Assembly: GCA_905178155.1 (NCBI GenBank)
Contig: CAJINV010000016.1
Coordinates: 124,001-188,000, forward strand
DNA length: 64,000 nt
Origin: Amoebophrya sp. A120
Lineage: Eukaryota > Protista > Dinoflagellata
Direction: 5' to 3'
In this document: one piece after another, positions 39,364 to 52,022 of the stretch
How the letters are laid out: the number at the start of each line of letters is the position of its first letter
Position numbering within the stretch: position 1 is the first letter of the stretch
The notes under the pieces: model-generated
Database searches by the model: none
The model's input: only the letters and a program-made list of their open reading frames with translations
What the model was told of the DNA's origin: nothing
Position numbers and translations under genes: made by a program

Positions 39364-39841
39364 TCTTATTCGTTGAGTTCAAACCAGATAAGGATGTGAA
39401 CGAACAAGGCAAAGGAACGAAGAGACCGTCTTTGTTGCTATGTGTTGATCCCGAATAACTACATCCGATGGCTTGTGCATCAGCGGTGAAATAGCGATGG
39501 AAGAAGTGGGACCGACTTAGTAGACTTACATTAGTGATTGAAGAAAAGACAAACTTCACATGAGAGGCTGCACAGTCACAGACTTACACATTATATTAGT
39601 GGCTGCATACGACCGCTCCACCCAAAAAACTCTCCGAAGACCTGCTCTATGAAGTTCCATCTATCTAACTCACTGACAGTGACTCGCTCGGCAGAAAAAA
39701 AAGATCTTGGGGACATCCAAAAAAAGTCTTTGGGTGTTGAAAGACACGACCTCCGGCAAACGCGGCCGAAAGCTGAAGCAAAATTCCGTCTTCGCAGAGG
39801 CAGAATGTAGCTGTACTCTTGCAATTCGTTTTAATATTTCG

Positions 39842-40423
39842 TCACAACCTCAGCAACCTGTGCATCAGCTGGTGCGAGCTTTGGTAGTGTGCCAAATCTA
39901 TATCACCTTTTTCGTCACTTTGCAAGGTAACCTCCAGAACGTCAAGGTGTTGCAAAGGTGCTACGTCGTTTGTGTTTGTGCTTACAGGTGGAAGAACTCC
40001 TTTTTCTGATGTTGCTGCAGAGTCTGGTATAGCATGACTCGAAACTCCATTGGTACCACCATCCGCTGCAACAGCAGCGAGCTCCTCAGGGGACAAAGAT
40101 CCTTCCACTCCAGCATCCACCGTAGAAGTTTGTGTTGATTTTTCTTCTTCTTTGACCGCGGCTGAACTCCCACTTGATTCCGCTTTCTGCGAGGTGCTGC
40201 TAGCTCCCGCGGCGACAGGAGCACTACTAGCGGTCGCAGACGATGTTGAGGGTATTGTAGAGCCTAGCTTCGGCGTTTTCAACCATTTCACGTCTAGGGA
40301 GTTTGGGTGCGCGACTTTTAGCCCCGGGACGAAAAAGTCGATAAAATCCCGCGCGACGGTGTTCTCCGGCGCGGTGCGGAAATGAAGCTTGGTTATCCGG
40401 GGCAGCAGGTACGGCATGCCCAT
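39842..40423 (-). CDS. Putative L51/S25/CI-B8-domain protein (mitoribosomal-like) with a low-complexity insert
   Basis: LPRITKLHFR...ARDFIDFFVPGLKVAHP and LEVTLQSDEKGDIDL...QLMHRLL resemble this fold; recognised by eye only. Confidence 0.45.
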   Translation of the reverse strand: MGMPYLLPRITKLHFRTAPENTVARDFIDFFVPGLKVAHPNSLDVKWLKTPKLGSTIPSTSSATASSAPVAAGASSTSQKAESSGSSAAVKEEEKSTQTSTVDAGVEGSLSPEELAAVAADGGTNGVSSHAIPDSAATSEKGVLPPVSTNTNDVAPLQHLDVLEVTLQSDEKGDIDLAHYQSSHQLMHRLLRL

Positions 40424-42596
40424 GATGGCGCGCTCTGAGGTATGCAGAGGGAAAGTTGCGCTTGCGTATGCTGCTTTCTTGCGGTATTAACGAGACAGAT
40501 AGAAGTTTAGCAGATCATTTGATACAAAGACGCCCCGTCGATGTGACGTCTTGGCTCGCGTACGAGCGCGGTGCAAAAGACAAGTGATTCCTATGAGATG
40601 CCCAAATGCATGCACGTCTGCCTCGAAGTACGTAGCAGAAGGATAACTAATTTGAGTCCAGGAAGGCAACATACGCAACAGAGTTTTCCCACAAGTAGAG
40701 GCGCCGGCTGGTTGGAATGGATACGGACATGATCAGGGGGCGGCCATGAGTTTAGTCTCTTCAAACGGGGTTTTCAACGTCCTCCTCTTCGGGATGGATG
40801 CTTTATTTCGTATGACTATGACAGTCAGCCCGCAATAAAACAAAAAGTAGCCAGTGCCAGAGCGTAAACGACTGCGAAAAACCAACCAAGAAGAGCGCAT
40901 CACATGGCACCGAAGGGGCAGGAAGCCGAGTTTGGGCGTGCGTTAGCAGTCCATGCATGCAGGAGCAAGAAAGCAAAGTGCTGGAGCGATTTTGTTTTTC
41001 TACTAGCTTCTTCTCGGCGAACACCACCACAAACCAAATTTTCCTCCCGGGGGCGGGTAGATCCGCTGCGACATGCCACAGATTGTGGCCACACGGCGCG
41101 CCCTTGCTGGTAAATTGCAAAAAGAAATTTCCAGTGACCTTGCGCGAGGCCACGGGCGGCAATATATACATCAGACGGGGGCGGCGACGCGCCATGCCCC
41201 ACTTCACTCCCGGCGCCGCCCGGGGGCCAGTACGTAGTAAGCCTAAAAGCCTGCGGCGCCAACAACGCGCAGGGCGCGCGGCCACCCGAGTTCGTCTTTT
41301 TCGGCGGCGCAGCGGTGCAAACAGAACAGAGATAAACCCCGGGGGCCCGGGGCCTTTCATGTCAGCCGCCGAAGTCTGGCGGGCCCCACCGAATGGGGCC
41401 ACAAATAACAGGCGCGGGCCTGCGCAGGCACAAGGCACCCGGCCCCTGCGCACGGAGGCGGCGGGCCGCGCAGGCAGCCTAGCTACAAATAAAAGGCGCG
41501 CCGGGAGGCGGGGGAGCGGGGGGGGCCCCAAGGCCCCGCCTGCCGCCGCGCGGCGGCGGGCCGGGTGCATACTGCGCACGCACAGACGCCCGCTGCCACG
41601 CTTAGAGTGGGCGGGGGGCTTGGCGGGAACCGGCGCGAAAGATTTGCAGCGGGCCCGCGAAAGAGCAACGCCACGCAAGCTGCTCCACACGGAGTGAGTG
41701 CGGGAGAGGTTCGGCTCATGCGTGGGGGCCGGCCCCACCCGCCGCCAACTTCCATCGCCGGCGAACTTACACGCAGGCCCGCGGGCCACCAGACGAGACC
41801 AAATAGTGGGCCGGGGGCCACGCCTTTGCTGGGCGGGCGGCCGTGGCGCAATGCCACACAGCGGGCGGCGGGCTCCTGCTATGGAAGGCCGCGCGTGCCC
41901 TGACCCCAAACAACGCGGGAGAGTGCGGGGCGGGGCGGCTCCGCCCCTGCTCTTGTCTCTTCCGCGGCAATCTTCTTGGCGCGCGACGTGGGCGCCCGGG
42001 TCGGGTGTGCAAAACACCACACCGCAACCACTGGCCGCGAATAAGGCCTGCGCCTGCCGCCTTCTGTCCACCCGATTGAATTTCAGAACTGCCATTTCCG
42101 TTGCCGTCAATAACACCACACGGAAGAACGCGGTGGCAGAATTACGCTATGTATTTGGAACACTTTACACGAACACGACTCTCCTATACGTGAACGGGAG
42201 CAGCCCCACCGTGACGTTCTGTGCTTTGACGCTCGTCTACGTCAAGTTCATTATCCTGAACGCAAAGAGCGTTTCCTCGTCGCAATGACAAAGGTCATTA
42301 TACCCGGTTCCCAATTCGTCAATGTACATTCACATTGGAAAATTTGATGTCGCATGGTCGCAACTTACTCGAGAAACAGAAGGTGGATCTATCACTTCAC
42401 TTTTGCCCCATCAAAAGAGTCGAACTAATTCGTACTAGACTCGCAATCGTCATCCTCAGTCGCTTCTACTATTCACGTAAAATTTGATTTTGAGCGGGAA
42501 AAGAACAAAGCGCTTCATCTATCGAGGACATATATTGGACGAACGCGTTCTTCCGATCTACTTCAAGACCTCCACTAAAAATCCTAAAACATCACA

Positions 42597-45500
42597 TCAC
42601 AGCGCGTCCTCCTTCTCCTCCCCACCGCCTCGCCTCCACTCGCCCATCACTTCGGTCATGATCTGCTGCTCCCACGTGTTTTTTAGTTCCCGCTTTTTGA
42701 AATGCCGTGGCTTGTCCGCAGTCTGCACAGTGAGGAAGTCCAAGCTATCCTCGCGGAAATCCACTCTTGTGATCAGCTCCACGCGTCGCAGCATCCCCCG
42801 TTTGTTCGGCTTCCGGCTTTGTCGCTCCTCCGCTAAAGCCTGCTGATGCTTTTTCTTGTTCGATTTTTGCTGCAAGACCTCTTTCGGAAGAAACGACTTC
42901 TCGTAGGCCTTCGCGCGCCGCTCATTCAGGTTCTTCGGCAGCCAAGTCGCGGACTTGCCGTTTCCTTTAGCGGTTGAATTCGCAGACGAATTGTAGTTGT
43001 TTTCAGCCAGGCCGTTCTGCACCTGGATCTGCTGGAATTGCTGGGCGGTGATCAGATTCATGGTGTCGGGGTCGTCTTGTCGCACTGGTCCAGCACCTCC
43101 TCGGGTAGCTGCGTTGTTTGTCGTCGTCTCTGCCCTCGTGCCATTCCGCACATTCACACCAATCCCCTGCTCTTGCATCTGCAGCTCCATCATCTCGATT
43201 TTCTCCAGCCATTCCAACCCCTTCTCCCTTTTCTCTACCTCCCATTCCGGCGTGAAATCTCCTATGCTGTGCAAAAGTATCGCACTCGTAGTAATTGCAG
43301 ATATGCGTGACAAATCTTCCTCCTAAGGTAAAACAGCAGTACAAATCCCACTTTTCTTCTTGCCAAAATTTGTAATGCAATTTATACTACTACGTTACTT
43401 TTGCAATGCATATCTCCGACGTAGTCGCAATCCAGCCACAAAAACTCGTTCCCACGGCCGGACACTATGAACTGCAAAAGTATCGTACTCGTACTAATTG
43501 GAGACATGCATGACAAATCGCCTTCCTTACCTAAAACAGCATTACAAATTTCATCTGTCATGCGAAGGAAATTTGTAATGCAATTTATACTAGAACTAGT
43601 ACGATGCTTTTGCAGTTCATAGACACTAACTCCTTGCGAAACTTTTTCCGCACCTCCAACACGTTCTCCGCGTGCTTTTTTCTCGCTTTGTCCAAATCCT
43701 GCAAGATCCGCATCGGGTAATTGTGGACCTGCAACACCATGATGTCAAACTTCGCCGGCGCCTCCCAGGGACAGTGAATGTACTCGATCGGGAAGCTGGC
43801 CAACTCCGGCAGCCACCGCTTCACGTAGTTTCCCTCGGGGTCACAAGACTTGGCCGCAAACACCGGGTGCATCACAAAGTTCCATTGGTCGAGGCCAGAA
43901 TGGCCCCCGTTCTGCCACATGTGGGCGTTAATGGAAACATCGGTGTCGATCAGCGTGTAGTCGAACCATTCGAAGCCGTGCTTCCAGTTCACATCCAAGT
44001 ACTCGATCAGAAATTGCGCCACCACGTGGCGAAGGTAATTCGGCATCCACCCGATCTTCCACAGCTGCACCATCGCTGCGTCTACTAAGGGGAACCCGGT
44101 TTTCCCCCGCTGCCACCGGCGTAATCTGTCTTTCGTCTCGAGAGAGCTGTTGTTGGTGAACCGGGATTTTAAACTCTCGTTGATCTTATTCGACGTTTGG
44201 TTTGCGTAGGACTGCTCTTTCAAAAGCTCTTTTTCCTGCTCGGAGGGACCGGTTTTATTCTGCTGCGATTTATTTCCTGTTATACCACCCGGTGCTGCTC
44301 CTGCTGCGCCAACCATGGAATTGTTATTTCCTTGTCCAGCAATATTGTTCGGACCTGTTCTTCCCGCGGGCGCAAAGGATCCGGTTAACTGCTGCTGTTG
44401 TATCGCCGCCGCCTATATCAACTGCAAAAGTGTCTGGGTCTGGAAGAGTGCCAGACTTGTCATGCAGGTTTTCCATGACCCATGAGGTCTGGTATGAAGG
44501 ACATAGCACGAGAGATTCTGTGAGAGTTCTATCATGCCTATCCTGCATGAGAAACTGCCTCTCGATAAGGTCAAAAGTGGACAGCTTTTGGTAATCATGC
44601 AGCACTGATTTTTACATGATTCAGATTTAGCATGACAACTTGCTTTGTTCCAGACCCAGACATTTTTACACTTGATAGCCTCCTTCTTCACGCTGAGCAA
44701 GGCGTTCGCACTGTCGTCCTTCTTCTTCCGAAAACGACTGCGGGTTTTGGCCTCGGCAGGAGCGTCTTCATCTTTATTTGTTGCAAAGCCGGAAGATGAT
44801 GTTGCAGCTTTTGATGTTGATGTTCCGCTCGTTTTAATATTTCCTGTAGCTGTTCCAGTTTCCTCCTCATCCTTCATCGTCCACCACTTCTGGTGCTCGT
44901 ACTGTCGCCTCAAACTCGTATCCGGTAAGTCCGGAAACCGCCACAAGCACCAATAGGCCAAATCTCGCCACAGAAACCGCCTCAGAAACGTCGCACGTAA
45001 TTGTCGCCACCCTTTTTCCGGTAGGTTGATCTCGCCTAAAACCAACGCTCCCCGCGCGAAGCACGTCCTGGCGGTTAACTCTCCGAACCGGACGTAGGGA
45101 CTCAACATCGCGGTGTACTCCCTATCCGCCCGGAATCGTTCTCTGCCCTCAAACAAGCCTTCAGCGAGAATCTCGTTGCAGAAAATCTCCAAGCGGTTCA
45201 ACCCTGCTTGCTCTCCCACCGTCCAAAACTTCTTCATTTCGTACGCCCAGTCCTGTTTCGCGGGATTGTCGTACTTCGGTTTGGGCTTGTTTAACACAGG
45301 AGGCGAGGGCTCAGCAACATCTTTCTCTTTGCTATTGCTTGTCGCGGCCGCAACAACAGCCATCGGTTTAAGATTTGTCTCCAAATACCGCGGATTGTAC
45401 TGCTTAAACCGACCGGAATTCCACTGCGGATGGTGCTTCATCCAGCCCGGTGCGTTCTTCGGCAGGTAGTTCAATTTTTCGTCCTCCATCATTTTCTCCG

Positions 45501-47400
45501 ATTTCTTCTTCGATACCGGCATGTTTTTCCCACACGTGTAGACATCGTAGCCCAAATCATCCAACGTAAAGGAAAAAATCGCATTCTGGTTCTTCAACCC
45601 GATAAGCTGTTTTATCCTGGGCAAAGGCTTCAAGTACTCTTCCAAATCCACAGCTGTTGTCTGCGCGGAGGCGGTCCGGCCGGTGCCGTTTTGCTGTTTG
45701 GTCGTGTAGTTCTGCCGAACGCCATTGTGATCTGCAGTACTATCGCTGTTCAGGTACTTAACCACCAAATGCTCCTGCGGGATGTTGCACACCGCTTTCT
45801 TGTACCACTGCACGCTACCGAACCCCCAGCCCTCAGCATTCACCTCCGGATCCGCTACCCACGGGGCGACCAGAAGCGATCCCGGGGTAACGTATAACCC
45901 GCTCAGGTGTTACAATTTCAAACGTTACAATAGAATATGGAAATCTGTGATGCAAGAGTGCATGATCTGGCCAATTCTCATGAGATTGCGCATGACAAGT
46001 TCCAGAGTCCCAAACCCCACTACAATCTGGCGACATTTGTATTGCAGAAAGTGGCGAACGCTCTGCGAGTCTGTCATGCTCATCAGGCAACATAAATCTC
46101 AGATTCTATTGTAACGTTTGAGATTGTAACGTTTGAGCAGGCCATATAACGTCGACCTGAATTTTGGACACGAAAACCAAGTCGAAAGGTGGTGTGCTTG
46201 AACTTGTGTTGCTGTCGTCGGTTGCAAGCAACTGGTTTTCTGCACTTGCATTTTCTTCCCCGGGTAGATACAGTATCCCAGCATCGATTAACTCCTGCTG
46301 GGTCTGGGGATCTAAATCGTCTGGGAAAGCAGGAGCGGGCGTGCTGCTGGCGGTCGTCGCGGTTGGGGTGGGCGTGTTTGGGTTGTTAGTTGTTGCCGCT
46401 GTGGCATGTTGGTTTCTTGTACCACCAGCCGTCCCAGATGCACTCGCTCCTCCACAGCTGTACTTATATTCTTCCCAGAATTCACTCGAACACTTCTCCG
46501 ACAGATTGTCACCCGGAATTATTTTCATAAGTTCCGCCCGCACCCAATCATCCTCGGAGACATACCAAGGCTCATACTATGCAATACAAACTTCCCGTAC
46601 ATGTACAAGATGCATCACAAATTTCCCCAATTTGGAGTGTGGAACTTGTCATGCTAAACTAGGATATAAAAGCTAAATTTTGCCATGCAGAGACCGCATT
46701 TGTACGTGTACGGGAAAGTTACTGTTGATAGGTACCTCTCGTTAAACACGACCCTCGTCGCTCCCGTTTCGGCGATGAGAGACAGCATCACGTCCAGCGG
46801 GTCGCCGGAGCGGATGATCAATTTCAGCCCGTATTTGGTCTGCAACTCCTCGGCGAAAGTTCTTAAGGATTTCCCCTTGTACCACAATCCCGCGCCGCGG
46901 AGGGGCCAGGGGGAGCAGTCCGCTGGGTTGTGGATGAACACGGGAAGGATCCGGCGGGTGACAGAAGTACTATTTTGTTGCTGCTTTGTGTTTTTCTGCT
47001 TGTTTGCAGTGCTGTTCGTATTCCCGGTACCGGATGAAGATGGCGCTTTACTGCCATAGAATCTCTGTTGCGACCCAACACCACCAGCATCAGATTTTAG
47101 ATGCGCGTCTGGCGGCTCGCCGTAGGCCAGTGCGTGGTTGTCGACAAAACGCATGTCGTCGCGCAGCCAGACGATGACGATCTCATCCTCTTGGGCTGCT
47201 GATGCGGTGTTCAAGCTTGCATTTTTTTCACCATTTGAAGATGTGCCTTGTTGCGGCAATTGTGTCGCTTGTGTCCTCGACGTCGTCGCTCTTCCGGGGT
47301 TCGAGTTCGTCGCATCACCCGCAACAGAGGTGGAACCAGCATCTTGGCCGACGTTTCTCCCCTGCTGCTGCTTGTTCCCTCCTCCTCGAGGGCGTGCCAT
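42597..47400 (-). CDS. Cryptochrome/DNA photolyase family protein; 5 introners
   Basis: IVWLRDDMRFVDNHAL, VFNERY|EPW, LSPYVRFGELTAR, WQRGKTGFPLVDAAMVQLWKIGWMPNYLRHVVAQFL, DPEGNYVKRWLPEL, IHCPW. Confidence 0.9.
43263..43412. mobile_element. Introner, family F
   Basis: TSD TCTCC. Confidence 0.88.
43466..43621. mobile_element. Introner, family F
   Basis: TSD GACAC. Confidence 0.9.
44416..44677. mobile_element. Introner, family A
   Basis: TIR; flanks GCCTA/GCCTC. Confidence 0.88.
45893..46146. mobile_element. Introner, family E-like
   Basis: TSD TAACG; removal gives QVDV|TPGSLLVAPW. Confidence 0.85.
46578..46730. mobile_element. Introner, family G
   Basis: TIR; flanks CATAC/GGTAC; removal restores FNERY-EPW. 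Confidence 0.8.
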
Positions 47401-50400
47401 GATAGTTGTTGGAGTTACGTATTTGTATTTTTCTGGCTAGACGTAAAGTAAACTACAAGTAGACGAAGAAATGAATAAATCCAAGTAAAATGTTACCGCT
47501 GTGCTGCGAATAAGTAGAGCTGAAAACTTCTACTTCACAAAGCTTTTAACAGCGCAATAAGCGGGTGGATTGGTGTATGAGCCAACACGACGAGAAGCAT
47601 GTATTTCGTCTTAAAATCTGCACACTTGGCAAACACCTTTAGTGCCACCGTACTTGCTTTATGCTGCAAGGGAGCGAGAGAGAAGGAGTCCATTTTCAAA
47701 AGTCTAAAAATGAGAGGCGTTCTTGGACTCACCAAATAAATGCTCCTGTTGTAAGTACTAACCGTGACTACTGCGCCAGCCGTTGCGTCGGCATACGCGC
47801 TAACGGTACTTGCCCTGTCACGCAAAGGCGGAAAAAAAAACCTAAAATCGATGCGGGTTTGGTTTCACTGAATCAGTGTTGGAACTGGTTGAAAGAGGTT
47901 CTTGCTAGGGTAGGCGGTAGAGGTACTATTTGGTCAGGCTTTGTAGAGGTGTGACGTGGTAGCTTTTCAAAAAGTAAAAGGGTGAGTGCGCCGGAAACAT
48001 ATATCAAGGGAACTGCATCTTGTGATAAAGAACGAACTTCAATCGATTTTGTTATTTTCCGGGGACAATCAGGGTGTTTTTTGTTTAGGGCAATCTGGTC
48101 CTGTGGGAGAAAATAGATCACGAATTCAAGGGGGAAACTTGAAATGACAAAGAAATAAAAACTCTCTTCATCGGCTGCAAGAACCCACACACAAATTGGT
48201 CTCGCTTGTGTGCTTGACGGAACTCACTAATACGAAAAGCATATACAACTTGTCTTGTTTCGCTCAATCAATAAGCACGGCATGTAGGCTAGCACGAATG
48301 TATGATGTGTAAGTGTATTATCATCTTCTCGTCATGGAAATAGAAGCGCCAATGCCAATCAGAGTCAATGAATAGAATCCGACATCATACGCAACATTGT
48401 ACCGAAATTATAAGCACTCAGACATAAATTAAAATGTTGAGGACCGACCATCCGGATCCTGTTCTCTCTTGTTCTTTAACGAAATTTTTAATTGAAGAAC
48501 AGGAACAATCTACAAGTTGATATGCCTCTGACGAGGACTGTGTAAAAGTTTGCTCGTCCTCCTTGTATTTTCTCGATAGTTTTTTTTCGCTTTTTGTGTT
48601 ATACCTTTCCACCTCCTTCAAAATGTGCACATTTTTCATCTTTTCGCAGCATCTCTGGTGCTTGAACTTGAAGATTTTGCTTCGGTATTTCTTTGTCGAA
48701 ATAAGTATCCAACATCTCCGTTCTTGTTGTTTTCATCGCAGTCTCGAGGCTGAAGACAAGCTGTCTCTGAATCGTAATGGTGTGTTGAGAGTTCTTTACG
48801 ATTTCTTCATCAATTCCTGGGTACAAAACTTCACCAATTCAACGATGAATGAATATCCGTGATTTACTCGTACTACACGACACACCACTAGACACCGCCG
48901 CTGTAGTCAAGACCAGTCTGCGACGCGAGCGTATAGAATTCGAGTTTCTTCGTGTGTCGAGATCCGGTATAATCAGTTGTACTAGCTTGTTGTCGCCGAC
49001 CATGGTCGCTCGATGCCGATGCGTTGGCCAAAAAAAATTTTGTTCATTGTCGCCGAGATAAGTAAATTCAAAGTAGCCGGAGGCCTTTTACTTTGAAGAA
49101 TAAATTTGGAAAGTTAAGATCAATCAGGTCAGGAGCCGTTGTAGAAACAATTTTTATGGTATGACATGTCATACTCGGCGCTTCTATCTTCTTGCCTTAT
49201 GAAGCTATAACTCCCTTGCATCAACATTTACATTTTTCCTCGAACGATAGCAAAGACACCAGGTGCGTGCGGGAGGACATCCACGTCTTCACACTGCAAC
49301 TCATCATGGACAATTCATAGGTCACAACCTTTTTCTTGCAGCCGAAAGGCGGGACGCTGTGGCTGTGGGTATAAAATCCTATTGTGAAGATGAAGAAGAA
49401 GTAGACACTATAGTTGTCCTATGATGTACAACAGCAGTGACTATCAGCAGTGACTATCAGCACTTAGAGCGAAATCCTGATAGTAGCTAGAGGTGTTTGA
49501 TGTTCTGAAAGTAAGAGACGACGACCATGCGTAAACGATGCATCATCAACAAAATCAGACTCAGACCTCACCAGTGTTATTGTCTTTATTTTTTTCTCGC
49601 TGTAGGTGGAGATGCGCTATCTTGGCATGAAATTGCACGTCGTACTATATTGAAAACTAAAATCCCAAAGGGAAGTTTGAAAATAAGCACTGTAGCATAG
49701 CGAACTGAACATAAATGTGTAAGCACATCCTGCGAGGGGTTTTTTGAAAATGAAGAAGGAAGCGACTACGTGAGTCCCTAGCTATAAAGGCCCAATTGGT
49801 GTTGTGCTGCAGCTGTTCTTTCTCTAGGCTCAACAATATTGTGTACATCTTCTTCTTCAGCACTGCAGCTTCTTATTCAACATCCTCTGTGGCGTTATCA
49901 TTATTCATCTATGACTTCTTCGTGTAGTCGTACAGCACTTGCTCGCTGAGTCGTGCCAGTGCTAGAGGGGCCTATAAGTGGCACCACAGTCCGAGAGAGT
50001 TCTTCAAGTTTATGTGTGGTTTTGGTTCAAGTTAGTAGGTGTACAGTGTACTATTCTTGCAATAAAGCTGCAGTCAGGATGACAAGTCGCTCTTCAAATC
50101 ATAATGTTGACATGATCTTCCTGACCACCCGGAACTTCTTCATCTGCCTACACTTTCAGAAATCCAGCAGACTTTTTTGCCTTCTTCTGATGCTTCCGTA
50201 AAAATTCGTATGTATCATCTATACGAAATTCAAGCCCAGTAGGTACGGAGTTCCTCTACCGAATATTCCTGTTCCTATTAATCGAGAGGGGTTACTTATG
50301 TTGTACGAGCTGCCACAAGAAAGATCATGATCAACGACCTCTGTTGACAAAAAAAAAACTGTGCGCCATACAGAATCTCTTTAGTCTTTGGAAATGTTGG

Positions 50401-52022
50401 TGGTTGCGAAAGAGACGATCCCGAGCGTATGATCGGTAAGAAGTTTTCATGTCCAGAAGTGTCGACCACCTTCATGTGGGCCACCGCAAATTCAACTACC
50501 TCTAGTATCGATTAAATAACAGCGTCTGAAATTTCGATGATGATGGTGTTGCGTAGAGCTAGAGTGGAAGATTATATTTTTCAAATGACCATGACAATGA
50601 CTATAGTCGTCTACTGCACAACAAGTACTTATCCGGTTCTTTCCTGCTCAGGTCTTGTCCGAAGATAATAGTACTTCACATCTCTATCTTTGCCCCCGCG
50701 TCAATAGGGGCGCGACCCCTACATGTCGCCTGAATATCAACATCTGCGGGGTCCTCGACACAAGAGAGTTCTTGTGTCGACGCATCAAATATTAGTAGGC
50801 CGCTAATACGGATGTAGAAGCTCTCTTTTATTTTCGGTCTTCGACCACGTCGTCGAGCGAGACAAGTTGCGAAGTAGTATTAGTGCGAAGTTTATGTTCT
50901 CGTCCTGCTTGTTGTTTAGAAGTACAACTAGAGCCTCTATCAATAAATTAGGAATAAGGACCGCGGTCGATGAAGATCATATCTATTTTTCATACTATGT
51001 AGACTAGCCATTGCCAGTTAGACACTACGGCACTATCCTTTTGAGAAGCCCGGGAAGATAATTAAAAAGAAGTCTGGTGACTCGTCGCAGTTCCAGCTGG
51101 ACTGCAGCGCAATTATAGCTAGTAGTCGCTTTTTTATATATCTTATTCCATAGTACCAAAATCTACTCAACTTCAAAATTTTGACAAAGAAGCCGGTATC
51201 TGTACGATATCTGCCGGAGCAGGAGCTCCATATTGTTTATACATAGTGCTTGCTGCAGCTGCGTCGACCGCCAAGAGGGTCGTCGAGCAACAAGCTTTAA
51301 TATCGGAGGTCCTCGCTTCATCCTCAATCTCAACATATATATAGATTGTGCTCATTGTCGTTCATCTTCATTGTCGTCGATACTATTCAACTTTGACGTT
51401 GTTCCATATTACCAGTCATACGGATCATTTTTCTCGGGCCGCATCCTCAAAAAAACAAGATGCGGCTTCGTTGTATTGGCTATACTCATTAATGACACTT
51501 CTAGGAGGTTTGTAGTTTTTTCTGGACACAAATAAACCTTTTGGAAACGATTTTACCCTGCCTTCTTTTTCTATTGTTTGTGACATAATAAATAAATAAA
51601 ATGCGACTATTAAACGAAAAGGATCATTGACATTGTTGTATTTGAATATTGAAAATGAACAGGAAAAGTCGATAAAAAATCAAAAAATAATTCATAAAAT
51701 CGTCTAAAAAATTGTTGAAGCGTTTTTCGGTTTTTTCAAATATTTTTGCCTTGAGGGCCTCGAAATCGTGCCGGAAGGGGGAATTTATTAGCAGGGCACC
51801 ACAGCTCGGGTGAAGATGATAGCGGGGTAAGTAAGTATTTCACAGAATGCGTCGCGTGTGGCTTTATTTGGAGCAGCCGGTAAGAGATCTAGGTCTACTG
51901 GGTTCATCTTGTTCTTGCCGCTATAGATTTAGCACCAGTCGTCCCTTTACGTTGTTGAAGGTTGGCAACTCCGTGATGCGGCGGGTACGGGTAGCAAAGA
52001 ACGCGAACCCAATAAAATGGAT

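Noticed and set aside
40803-42119. 438-aa ORF and overlapping ORFs
   Set aside because: Arg/Pro/Ala/Gly-rich and open in several frames because of high GC; no domain recognised.
49431-49462. 13-bp tandem duplication CAGCAGTGACTAT
   Set aside because: Ordinary local slippage with no further structure.
50296-50484. eIF5B/IF2-like motif VVDTSGHENF...GSSL
   Set aside because: Isolated short match; I found no G1 or G4 motif in frame nearby.
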